Below, piece after piece: positions 26,173 to 37,920 of a stretch of DNA of 64,000 nucleotides. Source of the DNA: Eledone cirrhosa (lineage: Eukaryota); NCBI GenBank assembly GCA_964016885.1, contig OZ024741.1, positions 389,980,001 to 390,044,000 of the forward strand. Direction: 5' to 3'. The position numbers were made by a program, and so were the translations under genes. The notes below the pieces were generated by a model, which saw only the letters and a program-made list of their open reading frames with translations, ran no database searches and was not told the origin of the DNA. How positions within the stretch are numbered: position 1 is the first letter of the stretch; each line of letters opens with the position of its first letter.

Positions 26173-27195
26173 TTGTCTATCTGTCTTTTCCTTATGCATT
26201 CTCAAATGACTCAACCAAATCAAAATTTTATAAGGTAATAGACCCCAGGATTAACAACATCTAATTTTTATTTTCATTTGGATTAAAACAATATAACATT
26301 TTATCTAAAATAATCTTTCTATGGTCAACTATATTGAACAGACATTTTATAACACTACAGTGCTAACGATGACATCACATTTTGTATATGAGTGTGTATG
26401 TGTGTTTATGCGTTCATTACGTACGTTAGGCCTTAGTAAGTTACATACACACACATCTACACATGTGATGACTGACAAGTATATGTGTGTGAGTGTATGT
26501 GTGTGTGAGTATACATACATTTCTGTGACGACTGACATAACAAACGCTGGGGGTGAAACTGTATGTGTTTGTATGAAGGTGTCTGTGTGTGTTTTTTATC
26601 AGTTAGTGTGAGTGTATGTGTGTCTGTTTGTGAGTGAAACTATGTGTGTGTTTATATGAATGTATGTATGCGTGTGTGTTTTTTTATAAGTGTATGTTTG
26701 TTCGAGTGTATATGTGTCTGTTCGTTTATATTTATATTTTCATACCGTTAAATTAGCAGTTAATACATTTGCTTATATTTGGTTAATTTACACTGCATAC
26801 AAAAATAATAATTAATATATATTTCTTTTGGATGTTGATACTTATTTGTTTACAATATTGAAAAAAAATGTCTTTATTCTAAAAATTCCTCTCATACCTA
26901 CAACTGTTCCATTTGAATTTAAGAGGCTTCACTTTCCAGTCAAACTAAATTAACAAATCTCAGGGTCAATCCTTTAAGGTAGTTGGACTTGATCTCTCTA
27001 CTACATGTTTCCTCCACAATCAATTCTATGTTGGTTGCTCACGAGTTGGAAGCAGCAACAATTTATTCATTTGGACACCAACAAAAAATTACACAATGAA
27101 TATTGTTTACCCTGAGGTGCTTCAAAATTGACAGATTTTCATTTCTAAATTCTGTTATCATTACAGTAACCCGGGCAAGGCCCGGTCATTCAGCT

Positions 27196-27197
<2 letters not shown>
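26170..27197 (+). mobile_element. Non-autonomous Helitron-like element
   Basis: 3' hairpin CCGGGC-AAG-GCCCGG (27171-27185) followed by CTAG|T (27194-27198); 5' boundary is a guess. Confidence 0.65.
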
Positions 27198-27227
<30 letters not shown>

Positions 27228-27234
27228 ATAGTAT

Positions 27235-29275
27235 TTCACTGTACTACCCACACTAGCATGGGTTGGACAGGTTTGTCCTACTTGAGGCAAGATTGGTCAG
27301 TTGACCATGTCTTGCTCGTACAGAACTGTTTCTGGCAGGTTTTCTATAGCTGGATGCCCTTCCTAACACCAACCACATTTACAGTGTGGACTGGGAGCCT
27401 TTTTACCGTGTCTCCTACATGACCACTTTACAGTGTGAACTGGGGGCTTTTTGTCGTGTTACCTACATGACCACTTTACAGTGGACGGAAGTGGGAAGAT
27501 GGAGTAGGGTGTGTGAGGTGTATATTGGGTTAAGAGGTGCCTCCTGACTGTAGGTTTAAATTCATATGCATGGGATCAGGTCTTCTCTATAACTGCATAG
27601 TGCCAAAGATCTCAATCCAGTGACATTCCTTAGAGAGGTGTAGGTGAGCAAGGTCAGTTTTTATCACCTCGTCCCAGGTTTTTCTTGGTCTAGCTTCCAT
27701 CAATTTTGATCACTCTGCATTTTTTATACAGCTGTCATCCTTCATACGCATCACATGTCCATACCAATGCAATCTCCTCTCCTGCACACAACATTTCACA
27801 TGCTTCGTCGCTCTCTCTCAATTCGTTTATTCTTTGCCGTTCACGTACATTACTATTACACATCCATCGGAGCATGCAGGCTTCGTTTCTTTCTCATCTA
27901 CGCAAGTCTTCTATACACAACGCTCAGGTCTCATTGCCATGTAACATTGCCATTCGTATACAAGCATCATACAATCTGCCTTTCATTTTTCAAGAAAAAC
28001 CCCTTGTGGCCAACATCGGTATTAGCTCTCTGAACTTTTTCCATCCCGTTCTAACTCTGGCTACTGTACTTTCAGAACACCCTCCTCCACTGCTGATTTT
28101 GTCAACCAGGTAACGGAAAGTGACCACTATTTCTATAGAACCATCTGGGCAGTTGAAGGAGATAGTATCCAGTGGACACTCACTACTTACTGCACCTGAG
28201 CATCGGCCACATATAAAATCTACATTCTTAGATAGCTTACCTGTGATCCCACTACATCTTTTATGTACCCATAGTTTGCATTTGGGGCATAGAATGGAAT
28301 TTCTACCTACTCCCTTCTTACACACTGAGCATGGCCATTTCCCAGAGGGAACCTGTGCCCTAATCTCCTTTCTACAGACTAGAACTTTATTGTTAGACAA
28401 GTTAACTTTAAGGCCTTTCGATTCTAGCCCTTCCATGTTGGGAATTTCTTCTCTAATTCAGCCATAGATCATCTGCATATAGAAGTTCCTATGGGCAGCC
28501 AGTCTTAAACTCTTCTGTTTTAGCCTGTAGGACAATAATAAACAGGAGGGGGCTAAGGACGGAGCCTTGGTGAGCCCCTACTTTTACACTAAATTTTTCA
28601 ATATATTCATTGTTAATTCTAACCTTGCTGACTGTTCCTCTATACATGGCTTGTATAGCTCTCACAAGTCACTCATCTACTCCTAATTTTCTAAGAGCCC
28701 ACCAGATAATGGAGTGGGGGACTCTGTCAAAGCTTTCCCCAAGTCAACAAAAGTTAAGTAGAAGGGTTTACTTTTAGCTAGGTACTTCTCCTGTAGTTGC
28801 CATACAAGGAAGAGAGCATCCGTGGTACTTGTACCTGGGACAAACCCAAACTGCATTTCATCTAGATCAATTCGGTCTCTAATCAGTTGTGTAATAACTC
28901 TTTCTATGACCTTCATGGCCTGGTCAACTAACTTAATACCTCTATTGCTTCGTATCCTTTGCCCTTTTAACAGTTGACAAAGATGCTGCTATGCCAATCA
29001 TTTGTATGACCCCATTCTGTATTACTTGGTTTAATATCCGCGTGACCATAGTATGTCCCACTATTCCAGATGCTTTCAACATCTCAGCAACTATCTCCAA
29101 AGGCCTAGCTGTCTTGCCTGTCTTCATATATATGATTGCCTTACTTACTATACTACCATTAACTTGCACAGCTGGTCCCTCTGTTGGGTCAATTTGGGGC
29201 AGACTATCTTTATCCCATTCATTCTCCTCTTTTAGTAGTCTCTCGTAGTGATACTTCCAAGCTACCTACTTATTA
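27235..29275 (-). mobile_element. Degenerate 5'-truncated RTE LINE (RT + PHD + UTR)
   Basis: Minus-strand ORFs DEMQFGFVPG, LESKGLKVNL, WPCSVCKKGVGRNSILCPKC, RTGWKKFREL; frameshifted. Confidence 0.9.
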
Positions 29276-29584
29276 GAGGCAAGTTGGGTCAGGTGACTGT
29301 GTCTTGCTCATATAGGACTGTTTCTGTCTGGATGTCCTTCCTTACGCCAACCACATTTACGGTGTGTGCTGAGTGCTTTTTATTGTGATTCCTACATGAC
29401 CACTTTACAGCATGGGCTGGGTGCTTTTTGTCGTGACACCAACACAACCACTTTATAGTGTGGGCTGGATGTTTTTGTGATACCAACTTTACAGTGTAAG
29501 TGTGGTGTAGGGTTGTGTTGTTGTATGGAAGGGGATATAGTGGATTAAGTGGTTAAGAATTGCCTACTGGAAGGATGTTTTATT

Positions 29585-30484
29585 GTTATATTTGGGGAGG
29601 GTCATGTCTTAATATTGCCAAAAAATAGTAAAACACACTCACTGTTTGGTTTGGTTTTCGCTTCAATATATTTTTATATTTCTATAAATGATTTAGCTGG
29701 CAATCAATGTTTATCATTTATTGACCAACAGTTAAAAATATAAATATAGTTTCTCAGAGTTCTTTCGTCACACATATCTGACATCTTCAATGATTATCAT
29801 GTTTCCTTGCGTTGTGTTCCTATAATGTTTTTTATTTTATTCTATTTTTTTTGTGCAGGATGTCTCTGTGCATGCATTTGTGTGCATATATTCTGTTTGG
29901 TGTGTGCTCATCTGTTCATGTCTGAGTCTGCGTGTGTTTATGTGTTTATATTCTACCTTATGTCACTAATGTGTGTGTGTGTGGGTGTTGTTATAGCATC
30001 TGTGTATATTTATATTCTATCATTGATCACAAATGTGTGTTTATGTATGGTTGTTATTCCATTCATGTTTTCTATTCAGCCTAGGTTTTCTTAATTGTAT
30101 TTCTGTAGCCTCCATAGTTTGTCTAATTGTCGAGTCATTCCTATATTTAGATATTATTTTAACTTCTATGTTATCTATTTTACTATCATGTTTTAGTCTG
30201 GCGTGTTCATATAAAATAAAAAACGTTATAGGAACACAACAGGAGGAAACACGATAATCACTGAAGATGTCATAGATATGTGTGACGAAAGAACTTTGAG
30301 AACTATATTTATATTCATATTTTTAACTGTTGGTCAATCAATGATAAACATTGATTGCCAGCTAAATTATTTATAGAAATATAAAAATATACTGAAGCAA
30401 AAACCAAACCAAACAGTGAGTGTGTTTTTCTTTTCTTTTTTTTTTTTTTGGCAATATTAGGACATGTCCCTCCTCAAATATAAC
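29585..30484. repeat. Long inverted repeat (~260 bp arms, ~370 bp spacer), Penelope pLTR-like or foldback element
   Basis: 29585-29840 is the approximate reverse complement of 30211-30484. Confidence 0.9.
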
Positions 30485-30962
30485 GATATCTGTTTCAACG
30501 TACAATTCCATATCAACAACCTTACAAAACAGAGACACCGTCACTATTCTTTTACTGATTTCAATAATTGAACTACAGTCATGCTGAGGCACAGTCAAAA
30601 ATATCTCCTCCAGTATTTTTGTACATATTTTATTGATTTGAATTATTTATCAAATGGCTAATATCACTGAGTTACAAAAGTTACCTCCTTTCTTTTAGTG
30701 TAGATACTACAAGTTATTACACAGCTACATATGAGTGCACACACACAACACAATTGTCTGTGTCCCCACAGTTTTTGCAAAAGCCTTAATACAGTGCTGA
30801 TATATGAACATGGAATTACGTGTCACGTGGTCTTAGATTCCAGCAATAAATCAAATTGTATCTGTAAGTTCAAAATAGTTTTGTGAACAAAATGTAGACT
30901 TCCATTTTATAAGCTATTCACTCCCCAGTAACCAATATACATAAACATGCATGCACATATAA

Positions 30963-30993
<31 letters not shown>

Positions 30994-31002
30994 TATATAT
31001 AT

Positions 31003-31437
31003 ATCATCATCATCATTTTATGTCCACTTTTCCCTGGTTGCAAGGGTGGGATGGGTCCTATTCAGCACAGCATCTCTCCACTTGTCACGGTCCTTCGTCA
31101 TCTCCTCGTTGAGTTTCAGCAATATATATATATATGTGTGTGTATAAGAGGGATAAGTTGTGGTGTGCAGGAGAGAAGGCTGAGATGGTATGGACATGTG
31201 ATGCGCATGGAAGATGACCACTGGGTAAAGAAGTGCCAAGAAATCCCAGTAGAAGGAAGATGCAGTAGTGGTAGGCCACGTAAAACATGGGCGGAGGTGG
31301 TGAGAGCAGACCTCAGATCGCTGAAACTCACCGAGGAGATGACGAAGGACCATGACAAGTGGAGAAATGCTGTGCTGAATAGGACCCATCCAACCCTTGC
31401 AAGCAGGGAAAAGGGGACGTAAAATGATGATGATGAT
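31003..31437. mobile_element. Two short RTE 3' fragments in inverted orientation
   Basis: 31003-31120 (minus) is the reverse complement of ~31320-31437 (plus); LTEEMTKDxDKWRxAVLNRTHPTLA + GAT tail. Confidence 0.88.
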
Positions 31438-31444
31438 ATGTATA

Positions 31445-34200
31445 TATATATATCTAGGGTGGGTAAAATTCCCGAGATACATGGACGAGTTTTCTCCAGT
31501 GGTCTCTGTCGCTCATCATCGCTGCCATGTGCTGCGGCTCCAAGAGACCAGTGTCTGTCCTTAGGGCATCAACATATGTCAACCTTGGTCCCCCTCTTCC
31601 AGTGTGTCCATGCAGGGGCTTCCACAAGAACACCGATTGCAGTGTCAACTCTGGCTTCTAGATATTCTCTACCAGATACTTTGTCTTAATCTCATTCATT
31701 CTCAGCCCCACACTCATCGACTCAGTCTCCACCTCCTGCATCAACTCCTCTGCCTCCTTCACTGTGTTTGTCACCAGAACTATGTCGTCATCAAATTCAG
31801 CATCCAACATCTTATTTGCCTTAACTTTCCTGCTCTGAGCTAGTCTTACAGTAAAGCCAGAGTCCTGGTGTTTCTCCAGTGCAAGGTGCATACAATGGTC
31901 CACTGCGATGATAAAAAGGTAGGGAGCCAATGTAACTCCCTGGAGTACTCCAGCCAGCATCTCAAAGAACTCCGTCATCCCATCAGATGTAATGACCTGG
32001 GCTTTGGTGTTGGTGTAGAGCAGTGATATCAGGTTCACTATCTTCTTGGGTATTCCATAAGCCTGTAAGATCTTCATCAAGCAGTGACGGTCCACAGAAT
32101 CAAAGGCCTTCCTAAAGTCAAAGAAAACCATGACAGCAGGAAGGCTCTTTGCTCTAGCTCCCTCTAATATCGTCCTCAACATCAGGATTTGACTGGTGGT
32201 TGATCTTCCCTCTCTGAAGCTGTTCTGGTTGTCCCTGAGCTTCTTCTCCATCTCTGGCTGGATCCTGTTAAGAATCATCCTGTTGAGGGTCTTTGCCACA
32301 AGTGACATCAGTCAGATCCCCCTGTAGTTGTTGGTATTAGAGAGATCTCCCTTCTTTGGCACTGGGACGATGTTACTGATCCTCCAATGATTCGGGGCAA
32401 CTCCTTTCTCCAGTGCCTGGTTACAGAACCCTGGGAGCGATATCATCAAAATCACACCTCTGATGCACTCCATCTTCTCCATGGACCTTGCCCTTCTTAA
32501 TCTTCTTCTTGGCTCTCTGAAGCTCCTCTCTGGTAAAGGGTCCTGTCTCAATATCCAGTTTCTCAAACAGCCGCCTGATCTCCCCAGTGTTCTGGACTGT
32601 GGAGGACGGCTCTCCTAGTAGGGTCCTAAAATGGTCCAGCCATTTCCTCTTCCTATCCTCGGGCCCTGTTCCCTGGATCTGACTCAAACACCTTCTCTTC
32701 CTATGATCTAGATGATGATCATCCAGCTCTCTTTACACCCAAACCTGTCAACTGCTCTCTCCACATTTCTGATCTTCTCTATCAGTGCCTCCTCTCTGGC
32801 CTCAGTATAAGTGGTACAGAGTTCTTCCCTCATCACCTCCATATTCTCCCTCCTACCCTCCGTAGGATCAGCATAGAATTGGTCCTTGGCAGCTTTCAGG
32901 TGTTCTCTGGCTGCACACATTTTTGGGTCTGCAGAGCTGATGTGCTTCTTCTTCTTCCCTCTCCTCGGCACCAGGGTCTGACTTGCTTCTGCCACTGCAT
33001 TGGTGAAGTGCCCGTACCTCCTCGTCTCACTCTCCTCAGTCCCTCCAATCTCTCTCTCCTCTGCCTCTCCACACAGAGGACTGAATCTGTTCCTCACTTC
33101 TACTGTGAACCTCTGCTGTAGCTTATCATCTTCCTTGAAAGCTCCCAGTCATAGATTGTTCTCCAGGGCTGAGCCTTGCTCTTTCTTAAGCTCACCCGGA
33201 CCTCACTCATAACAAGCCGGTGGTCACTACCCAGTGTACTGAAATAGTTGTATGATTCTGTGCTCAGAACACTATTCTGTCACTTTTTCCTCACCAGAAT
33301 GAAATCAATCTGGGACTTGGACAGGTGCATACCTGAGATGAGGTCCACATCTTCCCCGGATTCTTCCCAAACCTTAGGTTGGTTGCCATCAAGTTCACCT
33401 CCAGCAGGGTGTCTCTCAGTAGTCTTCCATTTCGGTTGGTGTTGTTATGGAAGTATCAGCAAGGATCTTCACTGCCCTCCTTACTCAGATGTGCATTGAA
33501 GTCCCCCAGAACAAGCAAGATGTTATGAGCTGGTGTGGTGTTGACAGCTCTACACACCTCCTCATGGAACTCCTCTGCACTCACATCACTGTCTCCCTCG
33601 GTTGGACTATAGGCTGAGATGACTGTCAGTCTTCAGTTTCCATTGAAGGTCACCCTCAACACTCGCTGGGAGACAGGTATGATTTCCCTCACCAATAGAT
33701 TGGTCCTTGCACTGAAAACAAAACCCACTCCTCCTATTGCAGCATTCATCGTGTTCTTCACAGCTGATGTGGTGATGAGTTGGCTCCTCTTCCCAATCAT
33801 CACTCTCCTGACAGGCTCATCATGTAGGATCCTGTGTTCTTGCATCGCAAGTATCTGCATACCACTCTCCACGAACAGATGACCCAACTCCTCTCTCTTC
33901 TCCAGTGTCCAAAGTGTCCTCATATTCAGAGTGCCCACTTTAATGGCTCTTCTGCAGGACAAAACTGTATTCTTTATATTTGTCTCAGAGACAGCTGATC
34001 CATCATCGACTGGCCCTCCCTGTGGCTCTAAGCCAGCAGAGTCATAATGACCAGACTGCTCCTTGACAGTGTAGTTAGGGGCTCTAACCCTAGTGCTGTT
34101 AAATCGACTCTCCATGGTTCTTTTCAGTGGCTGATAATACCTTACCGGCGCCACTCGAATAAGGTAATTATTTAACCCATAAATGGTTAGTGTTTGCAGT
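31445..34200 (-). mobile_element. Second RTE-like LINE family, degenerate, nearly full span
   Basis: APE: GTLNMRTL, MQEHR, SAYSPT, GDFNAHL, SQIDFIL, SDHRLV; RT: NYRGI, DFRKAFDSV, GVLQGVTLAPYLFII, FDDD; C-terminal WKPLHG...RLTYVD; internal deletion near 31655. Confidence 0.9.
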
Positions 34201-34329
34201 TCTGTTTGCATGCCAACACAAGAGCAAGAATGAAGGGTTCATTCTACTGACTATACAATTGAGGCTTGTTTGCATAATTGCAAACGAATCGAATGTTATT
34301 ATTAATATTTGAAAAACTCAGATTATATT

Positions 34330-34360
<31 letters not shown>

Positions 34361-34442
34361 GTAAAGGTAAACAGAAATAACACAATCGGTACAGTATATG
34401 GAAGGAATATATTAGGTTAACGCTTGAATAGCAGGCAGAGGG

Positions 34443-34478
34443 TCTTAACTTTTCGGACGCTAGTCCTTCATCAGAAGA
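34443..34478 (-). ncRNA. Minimal hammerhead ribozyme motif in Penelope pLTR (probably mutated)
   Basis: Minus strand TCTT-CTGATGA-AGGAC-TAGC-GTCC-GAAA-AGT-TA-AGA. Confidence 0.65.
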
Positions 34479-34588
34479 AAGAATGAGAAATTAAATAGAT
34501 TGAAGGGACGGGCAGAGTGGAATTGGCAAAAATGTTTTTCGAGAAAAATAACAGATCTATTCATGTTTCCATCTCTTGGAATATATAT

Positions 34589-35082
34589 ATCATCATCATC
34601 ATCATCGTTTAACGTCCATTTTCCACACTAGCATGGGTTAGACGGGAGTTGTCCCACTTGAGGCAAGGTTCGTTGGGTGACCGTGTCACGCTCATATAGG
34701 ACTATCTGGCAGGTTTTCTACGGCTGGATGCCCTTCCTAACACCAACCACATTTACAGTGTGGGGCTGGGAGGTTTTTACCGTGTTACCTACACGGCCAC
34801 ATTACAGCGTGGACTGTGTGTTTTTTTCTCGTGACACCTACACGATCTCGATCATCTCATTTATTTGGACTAGATGTTGTGGTACCAACTTTATAGAGAG
34901 AGGGTGGTGTTGGTGGGAGCAGGAGGATAGTGGATTGGGGTGTATATTTGGTTAAGTGGTGCCTACTGACTGTAGGTTTCGCTTTGTACATAGGCAAGGC
35001 GGGTCTTCTGTATTACTGCATAGCGCCAAAGATCTCGGTCCAGTGACATTGTCTTAGAGAGGTGCAAGTGTGTAAGGTCGGA
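34589..35082 (-). mobile_element. RTE 3' end inserted in the Penelope-like element
   Basis: SDLTHLHLSKTMSLDRDLWRYAVIQKTRLA, UTR similar to 60171-60562, (CAT)n at 34589. Confidence 0.88.
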
Positions 35083-35986
35083 AATATATATAAATGAGTC
35101 AGAAAGGGTGGGCGAAGGTAATGGAAAAATGAATGGAACATAGGACAGTCCCTTCTCATCGGTCAACTGCTGGTTTATGCAGAAATAACAAACCAAATGA
35201 CACTGTACAATTAGGAAATATATTAGTTTAACACTTGATATAATAGGAAAAGAGTCTTATGTTGCGGGCACAAGTGCTTATCATAAGATAGAATGAGAAA
35301 TAAAAAATGAAATAAAGATAGAGAGTAGAAGAGGAAGGAATGGAAAAAAATGTTTACAGCTTTTTCAAAAAGATTTGTGTTGCACTCTTCGAAGAGTGTT
35401 TTTCGTTTCTATTTATCTCAGGCCTTTTATGTTTTTTGCTGAACACAAGGGATGCAATTGGTTTTATTTTTGTTGCTTATATCAAAAAGAATAAGATCCA
35501 TTATAAGGTAGAATAGGAAGACATTGAAATTTGGAAGAATTCATCCTCTATAGGTTAGCTTACAGGGATCTTCCCTGATTTATTGACCCTGAACTATCAT
35601 TTGTCTTCAGTGTAATTGTCCAATATAATGTTTGTGGCAGCCTTTACACATTATAATGTATATTAGATCCTACGAATTGCATGAGAAGTCATTTTTAATT
35701 TCAAAGATGGGACCATCTTTGAAATTAAATTCATTTCCCTCTAACAGGTAGTTGCATACTCTTCAGAGAGGTTGATTGTACCTTTTTACTTCAGGTTCTT
35801 TAGTAACGGTTTGTAGTTTTGCATTCGTTAGTATCATTATTAGGGATTTTGATTCTGAATGGGTATTTTTGTGAGATGTTTTTCATTTTTTTGTCCTTTA
35901 GTAAGATAGGAAAGTTTAGTTGTATGTGTGTATATCTCTGTGTTCTTTGGATTGAAAGTTGAAATCTATGGTGGTATGACCATACA

Positions 35987-36110
35987 TTTTTTGTTTCTCC
36001 GAGTGTTTGGATATGGATTTGACTCACTTTTGTTTCTCCGAGTGTTTGGATATGGATTTGACTCACTTTTGTTTCTCCGAGTGTTTGGATATGGATTTGA
36101 CTCACTTTTT
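35987..36110. repeat. 39 bp tandem repeat x3 inside the Penelope-like relic
   Basis: TTTTGTTTCTCCGAGTGTTTGGATATGGATTTGACTCAC perfect copies. Confidence 0.95.
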
Positions 36111-37486
36111 AGATACTATTGTTCATTAAATTCTGAGGATATTTTCTCTTGATAAGTATTTGTTTCATCTCTTCTAGTCTGTGGTCTCTTGGTGACTATC
36201 ATACAGATTCACTTGGCTAAGTTAAAAGGGATATTGGAACAGGTGTGTAATAGATGAGAAGTTGTAAAAAGGAGGTATTGTTGGGGGTCTGTAAGTTTGT
36301 ATGTCAGTTTCTAATGTTCTGTTTCTTTTTGTTATTAGGATATCTAAAATTGGAAGTTTTGTATTGCTAAAATCCATAGTGAATTGGATATTCTGGTTTA
36401 TATCATTGATAGGGGTTTGAAATTTCTTTAGTTAATCAAGATTCTCCCTCCACAATATGAAGCAGTCATTCAAGTATCTCTTCCAGTTTTCTTTTATGTA
36501 GTCGCCAAAATTATTCCCATAAATTTGTTATGTTTTTTTTGTATATTAGTAATTCATGGTATCCCATGACTAGGTTGGCATATGTTGGCGCAACTTTTGT
36601 CTCCACGGCTGTTTCTGATTTGGGGGGGGGGGGGTCCTCCCTTCCAAACACACAAATGTGTATGTCCTTATGTTTCTTACTGTGATTAGGATATACTTGT
36701 CTTGAAACATTTCTCAGGAGGAGAGATAAAGAATTGCTCATAACCTTTTCTTGTCCTTATTCAAGAATAGATGGGATGAGGGGTTAACTGAGTCAACATT
36801 CAGTTTCATTTATTACCACCAGTTATTACTACCAGTCGGATGAAAGAAGGGAGAATTGGAAAAGATTAAAATATTTCACCTCTGAAGAGGAACCCATATT
36901 TTCTAAACTTCATCATCATCCTTGTGACCACAGTCAAACATTCCTGACAAAGTCTCTTCTCAATTCACAATATTCCATTGCTCCTGGCAACTGCTCCCTA
37001 CTGAGGTTTGTATTGTCTAAGAGTTGATCAATGAAGGTCCAAGTAGATCTTCCTCTACTGTGTCTCTCATGAGTTAGTTCCAACAACAGTAGCTTGTGTA
37101 TAACTTCCTATTTACTTCTCCAGCAATGTCCTGCAAGTTGTAACAGTCTTTGAGCAATTATAGTTGTTATCTTGGGCAAGTTTCCTTATAAACTTTCATT
37201 TGCAATATGTTGATGCTAGTTTATGTTTTGTTCAACCCTAAGCATTTTAATGTATGCACCATCTAGTTTCTTCTCAAGTGCTTGTCTGAGGGTCCATGTG
37301 CCTGATCCATACAACACTGACGCAACAGATGTTCTGAAGAATATTTTGATTTTGGAGGGTATATATGACTTCCATATCATTTTCATTGTGTTCATTGCAG
37401 CCAGACTTTGGAAATTCTAATGTGAATATCCTAACACTAACCCTCTCAAATGCTCATTCACATAAATTTACTTTTGATACCCACAG

Positions 37487-37566
37487 AGCCATCCCTTATC
37501 CAAGATATAATTGACCATGTGAATCTGAACTGTAAAGCCCAAACTAAAGACAATAGTGAGCCAGAG
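37487..37566 (+). CDS. CEP78: CEP78-like exon C
   Basis: CACAG acceptor, GTAAGT donor, 80 nt, phase 1/0, keeps frame between B and D. Encodes (E)PSLIQDIIDHVNLNCKAQTKDNSEPE, positionally equivalent to CEP78 DHSMMKAVIKKVLQN...SE. Not in the ORF track. Confidence 0.8.
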
Positions 37567-37771
37567 GTAAGTTAACCCTTTCAATATGAACCTGCTTAAA
37601 ACTGCCTCAAGTTCTGTGCTTGAAGATGTCTTGTTTTAGAGTTTTTCATATATAGATTTAAATTTTTGTAATTTTATGAGAAACTTCAGCTTAATAAGGA
37701 AAAGGTTATTTTACTAAATCCTTCTAAATTCCTGTTCAGTTCAACATTAATTGAAATATGGTCTTCTTCTT

Positions 37772-37920
37772 CTTCTTCTTCTTCTTCTTCTTCTTCTTCT
37801 TCTTCTTCTTCTTCTTCTTTTTCTTTTTCTTTTTCTTTTTTTTTCTTCTTTTTCTTTTTTCTTCTTCTTCTTCTTCTTCTTCTTCTTGCTGCTGCTGCTG
37901 CTTGGTTGGTTGGTTGGTTT
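37772..37920. repeat. (CTT)n/(CTG)n/(TTGG)n compound microsatellite; (CT)n tracts also at ~143-169, 4449-4513, 5694-5754; (TA)n at many sites
   Basis: Directly visible. Confidence 0.95.

Larger units (their letters stand above)
34345..36620 (-). mobile_element. Penelope-like retroelement relic (RT + GIY-YIG + tandem pLTR-like ends)
   Basis: TAVETKVAPTYANLVMG, WKRYLNDCFIL, IQFTMD...LPILDILI; LIYIIMCKGCHKHYIGQ near 35620-35670; related terminal segments at ~34370-34560 and ~35180-35360; interrupted by an RTE tail. Confidence 0.85.
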
